Below are positions 49,245 through 60,371 of a stretch of DNA of 64,000 nt, piece by piece; positions within the stretch are counted from its first letter, which is position 1, and every line of letters starts with the position of its first letter. Position numbers and translations under genes: made by a program. The DNA is from Dimorphilus gyrociliatus (taxonomy: Eukaryota > Animalia > Annelida), in NCBI GenBank assembly GCA_904063045.1, contig CAJFCJ010000002.1, positions 1,944,422-2,008,421 of the forward strand, given 5' to 3'. The notes beneath the pieces are model-generated. The model was given only the letters and a program-made list of their open reading frames with translations. It ran no database searches and had not been told where the DNA came from.

Positions 49245-52200
49245 TTATGGTTTATCATTCTTCCCCAAGGAGGTAGAACTATCTGATACTTTGTTTGATC
49301 TCTTCTTTAGTAGAGTTTCTAAATTTTGTCTCATCATTTTCAAATCTTCCCAAATCTTATTCAAATCTAATAGTACTATGAGTCCTATAGTTATGGAAAG
49401 TAAGATGACTGCTACAGTTCCGATGGATACGGCCTGGGGTGAATCGTATGACTTTCCTTTTAGATCGGCAGCTATGGACTCTAATTCTACACAGTCTTCA
49501 ATTTCTGGGTGCCACATTTTATCCGTTTCACAAATACTCACCCTTTTTTTTAGCCTATTTGTTTTAATATCTTTGAAGGCAAACTTATCTTTGCACTCAT
49601 AACTTATGACAGACTTAAATTCATTGCTTGTCGAGTTAAGATTCATATCTCCCCAGAGTGGTACAGGTGGACAATAAACGACTTCACAAGCTTGTGGACC
49701 TGTTGTCCAATTTCCATGCTCAGTGCATGTTACTTCGAACGATTTCGTCTTGTCAGGGAATTGATAACCTTGTAAGCAATTGTAGTTAACCCTAATTCCA
49801 TAGTGTGTATCATTAGATGATATTGTTGCGTTTCCGATACTTTCTAGGGGACTGCAATGGATGACTAAAAGAAAAAGAAATCACATTTTAGTCGAAATTA
49901 TTAAGTTTTATTCAACGCCATCTGTAAGATAACTGAACTGGATGCTTAAAACCGTCAGATGGCGTCGATTTTTTTATGATTTTAACAAAAATGTTCTATT
50001 ACTTTCGCATTTCCCAATGAACGGACTCCAATTAGCATCTTCATCACACCTTTGGGTCTTTTCCGTCGTATTATCAGAAAATTTGAAGCCAGTGTCACAA
50101 GTATAATTTACTTGACTATTATAAACGATAGAGTTTCCAGTGACAGTAGAGTTTGGCATCTTGTAAATGGCTGAACAGTTCTTTGCCGTACATGCAATTA
50201 AAGATCCTGGTGTTCTATGTTTCCATTTACCATCGTTGTTACAGTAAATGATATGTTGGGTTTTGTTATTAGGCCATTCATGTCCATCATTGCACGCATA
50301 TGTAACGTTAGTATACCAAGAAGTATTTTTTGTATCCGGGAAAGAATTATCGACAAAAGCAACTGGATCGCAACGATCTTTTCTACATGACAAATCTGTT
50401 TCATTCCAGTTTCCGGTATGATCACATAGCAGCGCTCTTTTTGTTTCACCGTCGATAAACTTAAAACCGCTATCGCAAGCGTAATTCAATATATCGTTGT
50501 AAACGCGTTGATTTGAATCTGATGGTCCAGTACCGTTTGTTATAGTAGGCGGAGGACTACACTTCTTAGGTACGCAACCTTGTAGGAGATATTGATCCGT
50601 TGTTCTATTCCAAGATTTATCAGCTATGCATTCAATGGTCTTGAAAGACAATTTATCTCCGAATTCGTGGCCTTTTTCGCAGTTATAGGTTAAGATGGTA
50701 CCATAAAGTCTATTAGTGGTATCAGGTTTAGCATTATTAACCGTCATTGGGGTGCCGCATAGTACAGGTTCGCAGGAAGGTAATATTGGTCGCCATTTAC
50801 CCGATTGTTTGCAAGTGGTTTTCTTTTTGGAAACAATTCCTGTTGACGAGAAGCTGTGGCCTTTATCACAAGTCAATTCAACCGAATGTCCCCAGGTGGC
50901 GTTTAGATCACTTGGCTCTGCGTTCGCGACGAATGGTAAAGGATAGCATCTTTCAAGTTCGCAGTCTGTAACATTGTCACTCCATTCCCATGTAGCATCA
51001 CACTTAATTATTTTATAAGTAGCACCATCCAGCATCCGCAACTGCTTACCCTCCGCATTCTTATGACATTGATAGTGAACGTATGAGCCGTAAACTGTTT
51101 GTGTGCTATTTCTTTGACCGTTCTTTATATCACCTAAATCAGGACATCTAACAGGTTCGCAAGGTGGTAAATCTGCCGTCCATTTGCCATTTTCTTGGCA
51201 TTTTATTGTTCTTGCTGTTGTGTTATCGTGTAAAGTATAGCCGATATCACACCAGAAAACAACTGTTGTATTATATTCAGTAATATTCCAATTGGTTTTA
51301 TTCTGATGAAGATGATTGGGGAGTGAAGGACAGTTAACAACTTCACATTTAAGCAAATCTTTCGCAGTGTTTGACCAATTTCCAGAGACTAGGCAGGTGG
51401 TATTAACAGTCGTTACATTATTGGGAAAGTGATAACCTGCTTTACAGGTATAGTTTACTGTTGTGCCGAATCTAGTGTAATCTGTGCTAGGGTCTGTGTT
51501 ATTTAAAAGAGGAACAGCTGAACAATGAGGCTCGCATACCATACTTTCTGTATATCCGCTCCACTTATTAGAGGAATCGCATGTTATCGTCTTGTTTACA
51601 GACATATCCTTAAATTTATAACCTTTTAAGCAATGATACGTGACCGTATCATCTAAATCATAACCAGTTATATTCGTAGTAGCGTTGGCAACTACAGGAA
51701 TTGCTTTCGGACATGCTATTTTGGTTTCACAGTGATCACCAAAGTAGGTGTCTAGACAATCACATTTGTAATCGTTTATAAGATCTTTACAGGTTCCTCC
51801 ATTTTGACAAGTAACATTAACGCATTCATTAATATTAATCTCGCAATTTATGCCAGTAAAACCCAATAAGCAATTGCAGGTGTACGCGTTATCACCATCC
51901 ACACATGTTGCATTATTGTGGCAAGGATCAGAGTGGCATTGGTCAATTATTAAACTACAATTAGTGCCTCCAAAAGCCGGTTTGCATGTACAGTTCCATC
52001 CTGGTATTGTATAGTCGTTTTGGCAAGTTCCGTCGTTAAAGCAAGGTGAGCTAGCGCAGTAATTAATCGCTATTTCGCAATTGGACCCGGTATAGCCGGG
52101 TTTGCAGTTGCATTTATAGGAGGTTAATTTGTTTTCACAGTGGGCCCCATTCTGGCACGGATTGCTGAGGCATTCATTATAAGCTGGTTTCAGATTGAAA

Positions 52201-54201
52201 TGATTAGAAAGAGCTTTATATTTACACAATAAAGTTTGCGAAACTAAAACAAACCCGAATAGCAGTGTTTAGTGATAACTTCGTTCGTTGGATCGATCGT
52301 GACGTTTCCGTAGGCGGCTGTTTGTGAAAAGAGTGTAAATTAATTATACGTTAGTCATATCTATTATTAATAAAGCAGAGAATAATAACATAAAGCTTTA
52401 AACCACTGGGTGTATAAAGTTTAGATATATAGATATATCTAATCTTAATGTGTCGTTAAATACTGCTTAGCTTTACTTACGTCTTTCGCAAACAACATAT
52501 AATGAATCGACCACTGGAACAAAGCCAGGTAGATCTTTAACAGTAAGATTATAAGGAGCCCAGGAATAATTCGCTGGCTTTTGTAAACAGCAGGACGTCC
52601 TATTGAAAGACCATTTACCATTTTCATACTTTTTTATATAAGCGCACTGTTCATCAGTTGATTCTTGGTCCACCCAACTAGCATTAAAAATACTTTCATT
52701 GAACACAAATGGTGTTCTAAGATATTCAAATTTTCTTGATAAGTTCGCTACACCAACGAAATAAGAAGTTGTCTGTCGAATAAAATAAATCGAACATATC
52801 AAATATAATCTTAAAACAAGAAACTGATGTTTACATTCTTTTCTACCTTGTCGATCTTACATGCAGTTCGTAGTTATTTTTTATATAGCTATACATACAA
52901 TGCATATAATACATATATCTATATATATATATATCAATATTTTATTATATGTACTCGCGGAGAATATATCCTTTTAACAGAGGTACAAAAAAAAAAATTC
53001 TGGCTGGAGTAGGACAAGCCTACATTGTTTTATGATAAGGAAAGCTTAATCCTTCTAAAGTTAATAGAAATGCTTTATTGCAAAGCAACGAGATAAATTG
53101 GATTTTTTTAGCTAGCAATCTAGGAAAATTGTAAAATATTAGCTTGGCATTAATAAATCAACGTGATATTTAGCCAATTATAGATTTTAAAGAGATATAA
53201 GATATGAATAAGCTCCTAAAATACGTTGATTATCTTTAGAGAAATGAGTGCGTCATACGTACATTTTCCCAGATCAACTCTTCGATAAAGTCTAATTGAT
53301 CGTTAGAACGGATAGCAACTAGATCGTGACCTTCTTTTAGACATTTTTGTCTAGCGTGATAGAAGCTACCCTCTGAACCTGGTAGTAAGCCGTAGCAAGT
53401 ATTTTCCTCTTTCAGCCAGTTGTCTGGACACCCTCCTGTACATTTTTCTGTCAAGTTTACATGAGCAACATTATTCTTTGAGACTTCATCTAAAAAAAAA
53501 AAAAATAGAAGACAATCATGAATTATTAATAGGAAACGCCGTTCGATCGCAGTTTCGAGTCTGTACATGCATAACTTACATTTTGAACAAGCCACCATCT
53601 TAATTTTCATTTTATTTACACAACATCTGGTTGAAATCCACGTCTTGCTCTCTGAATCTAACATAGCACATTTATTTGGTCCATTGGTTTTTGGTTCACC
53701 GGCACCCCATACTGTATATTCTTGAGAGTATGGTTGCGTCCAGTTCCAAGTTCCAGTATCATTTAATACAAGACCGATGTACATATAGTTTTGAAGATTT
53801 GAAATATTTCGACTTAGTTCTAGTGTCAAATTCAGTTCGGCTTCATTTTCGATTACGACTAAATCTGCATTACAATCTTCACAAACTTTTCTCGCGTCTA
53901 ATATATTTAAAAATTTTTCGGTGTTTGGGATGACAGTAAAGTTCTTATCACCAAGAAGCGTCCAATTTGATGCAGGACATTCTAAAAGGTAAGAATAAAT
54001 ATTTAAACTGGCAGAAAAGGAATAGAGATGTTTGTATTAAGTTAATAATTTTTTTAAATCATTTTCCGTATTATTTCCGCAAAAATGTTTACAAACAATA
54101 AACTGTTTAGTAAGTTTAAATTAAAAAGTAAACCTACCAGCTTTAATACTAATAAACCAGGAAATCAGAAAAAAAACTGCATTTCCAGTCTTTGCAGTCA
54201 T
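49245..54201 (-). CDS. Type I membrane protein: signal peptide, 2 C-type lectin domains, 4 EGF, 11 sushi/CCP, TM and short tail
   Basis: First exon MTAKTGNAVFFLISWFISIKA. CTL folds (CPASNW..YIGL..W..WGAGEP..C; CPDNW..CY..A..C). EGF repeats CLSNPCQNG, CASSPCFNDG, CHSDPCHNNA, CVNVTCQNGG. Eleven C..Y.C..G..C...W..C modules counted by hand. TM VSIGTVAVILLSITIGLIVLL. Confidence 0.85.
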
Positions 54202-54859
54202 TGCGCTATGTTAAACAAGTGACAAACGCTTGTCAGAGAATATTGAACACTTTATAGTTCAATAGTGTACAATGAATACTGTTGATAGCAACAGTGTGTT
54301 TGCAAACGATCTTTTATAAATCTTTTCAGCCTATGTTTTTTAATTTATATATTCAACATAGGATGTGACGGAAAACATAATCGACGTTTATTTTTCAAAG
54401 ACAGGAAAAAGAAGCATTATCTAAAACGTAATAAGATTAAAATATAAATACAATGTTAGACAAAAAGACTTAAAAAATAAAAAAAAAGAAATTCTCAAGT
54501 ATTCATTTTAAGAAGATGATAATCTTATCCAAAAATCAGAGTGTACCAAAATCTGTTAATAGCATCATTAATATTCAATAGTATGTTTAATCTAAATTTA
54601 TTCAATGCTTTAAGTGTTCTATAGATATCTTCAATAAGAGACATGTATTCATTAATATAATATCCCTACCTTAATTATTTTCTATTTAAACCATTTTTTT
54701 GTGTGCTTTCCTATTGATTTTCCACTTGTTCGATATCTATAGGAAATGCATTAAGGAAAACTAAAACAATATACTGTATATATATATATATATGTTTTAT
54801 ATACAGCATATATATATATATGCAGTATAAATTATATGTATATTATATATACTACAAAG

Positions 54860-57151
54860 TCAAGATGTATTGAGAATGCTGGCATCTATTTTACCCGAAG
54901 TTAATCCATTTATTAAGCTTGCCATTTGGGTATACTTTCCAAGTTGATCGCGTAGCTCTGTAATCATTGTTCCTGATTTATCTACTTCAATCTCCAGTGC
55001 TTTCTTTTTCTCGGTCGTCAATTTTAAAGACTCTTCTTTCTTGCCTAGCTCGGTTCTGAGATCAGATATAGCTGTTTCTAATCGATGATTTTCCTTAGAT
55101 GACTCGTTTAAAAGCTTTTCTTTTTTGTCAATTTGACCTTTTAGGTCTGTAATGGCGTGCTTAAGGCGTTTTATTTCACTGGAGTTTTCCTTCAACACCG
55201 TTTTGTACTCTGTTAATTCTTTATTAAGAGAAGCTTTTTCATTTTCAATATTCTGCTTTTGCTTTAGAATATTTGCTATATCATCGTTTAATTTGGCAAC
55301 TTCTTCTTCTTTTACTCTGAATTTTGTTCTATTCTCGTTTTCGAATTTTGAAATGATGGATAAAAGTTGCTTACGTTCGGCATCTGCCTCAGCCATACCT
55401 ATTTTATATCGATTAAGAAGTTTATCCGTTTCTGTCAAAGCCGAATTTCTTGATTCAAGGGCTTGTCTCGTCTGTTCTTCTCTAAGAGCCAGCTCTTCCA
55501 ATCGCTTTTCGTATATTGCTATTAAATCGTTGATTCTTGAATCAGCATCATCCTCTCTTAAACTTTCCAGATCGATCGGCATCTTTTGATGCTGAGACGG
55601 ATGCGTTCGCTGTAGATTTGAATTATTTAACGGCTGTTTTCCCAGTGTTTTTATCAGGAATTTGCGCTTTTTCAGTGTAGATGATAATTCCATACAAAGA
55701 CAAACAATCAAGGGATTTCTAGAATATATACATTGGCTTAAAATCTTCGATAGAATCTTATCAGTAACAAGTTCGTGTAAATTTTTTAATAAACTACTAG
55801 AAGTTGCACATAATCCTAGAAATAACTCTGCTTGTTCCTTATCAACTTCAAATACGTTCAAGTTGGCAATATTATCCACTATAAGCTCCCTTAAAGTTAT
55901 TAAGTCTAAATTTTCTTTCAATTTCAACACTATTATCTCATTTTTTAGTTTTGAGATTATGTAAAACACATTCTTAAACCAATTACTCTCTAAATCATCT
56001 TTTGGGAATCCAGTCTGTAATCCTTTTAATTTCAAATTCAATTGTTTACACATAAATTCTATTTTATCGATCAAATCTTCCTCACTTTCTGGTAAATCTT
56101 CCAGAAGTTTTATAATAAGAGATGAGCTCTGCAAAGCAAGAGAATCCACTTCGTTAAAAGTCCAGTAGACAATTGCAGATATTGGTTCTAAACTCCAATC
56201 GTTTGTCACTAATATTTCAGCAATATCCTTATTCCTTAAAGTTGTCGACTTAAAAACCTTCAAAACTTGCTTCGACAACGTGTCTACATCAAGAAAGTTA
56301 ATTAACAACGCTATAACACCTTCGGCACGATCCTTAATCGATAATACTTCTATTAGCTGCTTTATTGATTGTTCCAAGAAAGTAAAGTTACCAACTTCTG
56401 CAACAATATTGGAATATGATATAAGTTGGATAAACAGGTCAACAGCCAGTTTTCTTGCAGGAATGCTCGAGTTAAAAACAATCAAATTGAATAAAAATTC
56501 TATCGTTTGATTGATATTCGGTTTGTTATATACTGATAATCCAAAATCAGAGTGCATACAATATCTTTCTATCGCAAGAAATCCCAAAACTGCAGCGTAA
56601 TCGTCTGCATTTTGTAAACTTAAAACAAATCTTTTGCAAACCCTGTCGAAATCGCTATGATTTCTTAACAGTCGCCTGCAATTTTCGTTCTCAAAAGAGA
56701 CGGCAACAAGTGCTGAAACAGCGGAAGTGAATAAGCAGTCGTCGTTGTCATAAGACTTCAATATAATTTCTGTAGCTTCGTTTATAAATTTTTCTGCTAG
56801 GTTCTCAGCAAGATTTACGTCTAACTTATAGCATAGTTTTGAGAGGATATTTAAGCATTTCAATGTATATTTGGTACTATCTTTTGATGATAGAAAGTTG
56901 ATGAGAAGAGCAGGAAAGTCATACTGATTTAACTGTTGAGGAGATATCCTATTTTCTAAGGCTTTTTCCAAGAATTTTAATAATTCTGGTAGAAGTTCAA
57001 ATTTAGTGGCATTCTGAGAAAATACGCGGCAAATTTCATGAGTTGTTAAATGTGACAGACTAAAGTCGTACGTTTTCAAAGATTGTTTAAAATCTTCTAA
57101 ATCCATATCATTATAACTAGAATTTTGTAGCTTTATTATAAGCTGATTCAT
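54860..57151 (-). CDS. CIP2A: CIP2A (cellular inhibitor of PP2A); single coding exon
   Basis: ARM-like N-terminal ~520 aa, then SRINDLIAIYEKRLEELALREEQTRQALESRNSALTETDKLL, a coiled coil, and C-terminal QMASLINGLTSGKI, all matching recalled CIP2A features. Confidence 0.85.
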   Translation of the reverse strand: MNQLIIKLQNSSYNDMDLEDFKQSLKTYDFSLSHLTTHEICRVFSQNATKFELLPELLKFLEKALENRISPQQLNQYDFPALLINFLSSKDSTKYTLKCLNILSKLCYKLDVNLAENLAEKFINEATEIILKSYDNDDCLFTSAVSALVAVSFENENCRRLLRNHSDFDRVCKRFVLSLQNADDYAAVLGFLAIERYCMHSDFGLSVYNKPNINQTIEFLFNLIVFNSSIPARKLAVDLFIQLISYSNIVAEVGNFTFLEQSIKQLIEVLSIKDRAEGVIALLINFLDVDTLSKQVLKVFKSTTLRNKDIAEILVTNDWSLEPISAIVYWTFNEVDSLALQSSSLIIKLLEDLPESEEDLIDKIEFMCKQLNLKLKGLQTGFPKDDLESNWFKNVFYIISKLKNEIIVLKLKENLDLITLRELIVDNIANLNVFEVDKEQAELFLGLCATSSSLLKNLHELVTDKILSKILSQCIYSRNPLIVCLCMELSSTLKKRKFLIKTLGKQPLNNSNLQRTHPSQHQKMPIDLESLREDDADSRINDLIAIYEKRLEELALREEQTRQALESRNSALTETDKLLNRYKIGMAEADAERKQLLSIISKFENENRTKFRVKEEEVAKLNDDIANILKQKQNIENEKASLNKELTEYKTVLKENSSEIKRLKHAITDLKGQIDKKEKLLNESSKENHRLETAISDLRTELGKKEESLKLTTEKKKALEIEVDKSGTMITELRDQLGKYTQMASLINGLTSGKIDASILNTS

Positions 57152-57576
57152 GTTATAAAACTTATGTTTCTTTCTAGGAGGATCAATTATAGAAAGTTAT
57201 AGATAAAAGATTTCCGAGGGAAAATAGCTCAAGTTTTACGTAAAACATTCGCAATACGAAAACTTTGGTAACAGTTTTCAAAAATGTGGTTACCTGTTGC
57301 GTTAATTAAATATAAAACTTACTGAAGTTATAGCACCAGCTTTAATCGAAGAACTTAATAGTCTAAGAGACATAAGTGAAATACTAAAAATGAAAGATTA
57401 ATGTAAATCGGCATGTAAAAAGAGAAAAATTACGTTTCCAATATTCATATGGCGATAATTTTTAAAAAATTAAGATTAAATTTATAATCTACACGCCATG
57501 TTACAATTTTGAATTAAATTATTAAAAACAAACAATACAACAACGTACAAATGACTACTAAATACGATCAGTTGTT

Positions 57577-58464
57577 TCATTGTTTATGTTTTTGAGGTAA
57601 TAGGGAATAATCTTTAGTATTCTTTGTTATTCTGTTACTTCTTTTCTTAATAATCTTTGCCCTATATGGATTTTGATATCCAGGGGGTGGAGGACCATAA
57701 TAATACGGTAGAGGATTATAGCTCATTCTATCAGATTGACATTTATAATACTTTAATTGAATATTGTATGTATTCGGCTGAATTTCTTTTATACAACTTT
57801 CAGAGTTGTTCTCAACCTCGTCAGACTTGTCTTGCAATATCTATACAATTTAGTAATATAAATCTTAAAAGAATCATTACTTATATATAAATATATAAAT
57901 GCATATACCAACTAATATATTGGATTCATAATCGCTAATTTCATCATTTTTCTTTACCTTAATCAATAGAATAAACGAGTATTATTAATAAAACAAAACT
58001 ATAATAATATATTCATTGATTTTGTCCATTTCAACTTACATTGTCCTGAATATTTACGATCGATTCATCTAATTTAAAATTTTCTGTTCTCTTTTTTATA
58101 TATTGAATTAAAAATACACATTTTAATAAGTTATTTAATGCATAAAGACAATTTTATTTATTAAAAGAAAAACCTCAATTGAATGACTGGATGATAAATT
58201 ATTTTCATTTCTATATTTTATCGAAAATTCAGAATCAATTTTTGACGAAAGACTATCTTCAAACTCATTTTCATTAGCTTTTGTATCAATTTGTTCATTA
58301 TCCATTGAAAGTGTTAACCTTTTACTATCGTGTTGTATTATATAACCTTTCCGTATGCATCTCAGGATAATACTTATAATAATCCCTAGAGACATACAAC
58401 CTAAAACTATACCTAAAGTGATTAACGTTCCTTTTAATACTTCCTCTTGTTCCAGCTGCTCCAT
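57577..58464 (-). CDS. Small single-pass membrane protein with cytoplasmic PY motifs (LPYY, PPGY)
   Basis: TM GTLITLGIVLGCMSLGIIISIIL followed by RCIRK. An in-phase downstream exon (ILQDKSDE...) contains PLPYYYGPPPPGY. The start codon and a possible middle exon (about 58040-58068) are uncertain. Confidence 0.55.
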
Positions 58465-58637
58465 AGTTTGATTTAGATAAACTTGATAGGAAAACCTTAG
58501 AAATATTGTTAAAAAAATAATAATATAGCAATTATTTAATAAAGAATTGAATTTTTGAATTTGTCGTGGTATTAGTATTTACAAAGAATGAAATAATATA
58601 GATTATAACTATATATGATATTACGATTGACGTTTTA

Positions 58638-59574
58638 TCATTCTACGTCGTTTTCCGGTGGAATTTCACTTCCGTCTGAGTTTGAATTTTCGTAGGAAAA
58701 AGTGCCGTTATTTAACCTAATTATTCCGGAAGAATCTGTTGCAGTTTGTTGTTCAATACTTAATGAATTCTCAATTTCAAAACTAAGCTCCGTCTCAGAT
58801 GATTCGGTTGTATTACAATAATCTATCCAAGAAGGTAATTCGTTAGAAACTTGACCGTCAGGATTTAATTTATTAATGAAGTTTTTAAGGTGGAAATACT
58901 TAGTAATTTTTCTTGTCTTTAATATTAAAGTACTCTTTTCCCGATTATTGAAAAAGCTTAATGGCATTCTTATTTGTTTCTTAGATTTTTTCGACTCTAA
59001 ATCTGCTTCTGGAATCTTTAATAGGCTTTCAATGGCACAAGTTTGAAAACATTTTGGTCCTTCTTCTCGAATTCCAATAAAGTAAATAATATTTTTTATT
59101 CTTTGAATACAGACGGATTTTAAATTAGAATCTTCAAGTCTAAATTTTTCAGATATAAATTTAATATCAAAACGATGTCTTATAATTGATGATATTTCCT
59201 CCAAATCTAAAAGATCATAGTCGATACCCCCAAGAAGAGTGAGTGTTTTTTCTTTAAAGACAAGTGTCACATAAGCTCTTTTGTTATTTCTCTTGGCCCA
59301 GCCATCAATCAATCCATTAACATCTGCGTCTGAGAAAACTAAGGACCATAGAAGCTGGCTTCTATCAGTTATTTTAAGCTCATAACTTTTCTTTCTTCCG
59401 CCTTAATAATTATTATATGTACGTACAATATTTTAAAGCTTGATTAATGAAACTACCTGCTATTGGTATAGAAAATTACCTGAGATTTCTCTTAATATCA
59501 TTACAACATTCTCTTTCATAATACAACGTTCATCCATAAAATTTACTCTCCTAGTATGCTCCCAGACCATTTCC
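58638..59574 (-). CDS. Hypothetical protein (last two or more exons); no family recognised
   Basis: The 224-aa ORF extends upstream to an acceptor near 59400 and joins a further exon starting at 59574. The 5' end is unresolved. Confidence 0.5.
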
Positions 59575-60371
59575 CTAGATAAAATTCATTTGATCACAAT
59601 CTATAATAGTTGTACTTCCAGCTTAGTTCATCTCTTACTTCTCGTTTTAATCTGAACAGGACCAATTTTAAATTGTAAATGAAAAACCATACTGTCAACG
59701 TTGTGAAGGAAAGTTTTTCGCTTCATCTGTCCATCTCGTAACAATTGGAGATTACTACAAAATTTCTTTGTTTGTTTTAATGGAATTTTATACAAATAAT
59801 CTTTATTGTTACTTATTTAGGAAGAAAATAAATTAAAATGTCTCTTATCAACTCTAAAATGCAATATGGAGTTTGTCAAATATTTATTGTAAACATCTCG
59901 GCCAAGAAAGAGGATTATCTTACAATATAAAAATAGGTACGAAAGTTTATCATACTCTTCCTTTAGTCTTTTACCACGTTAAACCCTTTGTTTTGTTTTT
60001 GTATTTTTGTTTGTCTATTTTTGTTTGTTTTGGAGAAAAACAATAATAAAAGAGGAACAATTATAGGCTAAAAAAGAATGCTATTGCCTAGAAATAGCTA
60101 AATTCTAACTGTATTCCATTTCAATTTGCTTCCATTAATCTAAAACACCACAGCAAAAAAATAAAACTAAGTAATTGAATTTGTTGAAGAAACCAGTCAA
60201 TCAGTACAGTCGAAAGAAACGTTTTTTTGTACATCCTTCTTCATGGAAAACTTCAGAAGTAAAAACGTTGCAGAGTGCACATCATCCGGTTAATTTTTGC
60301 GAAAGAGAAAGAACGAAAAGAAAAAATTAACTACCGCTAATTACTCGTGAAATAGGAAATGGGGAATCATT

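Noticed and set aside
54241-54294. Short inverted repeats (tattgaac..gttcaata; ctgttg-atag-caacag) upstream of the lectin-sushi gene
   Set aside because: Arms are only 6-8 bp in AT-rich DNA. They may be TF sites but cannot be separated from chance, and there are no MITE hallmarks.
35136-57151. Two PP2A inhibitors (TIPRL, CIP2A) plus a PI3K subunit within about 22 kb as a functional cluster
   Set aside because: They are interleaved with unrelated genes, and chance proximity is expected at this gene density.
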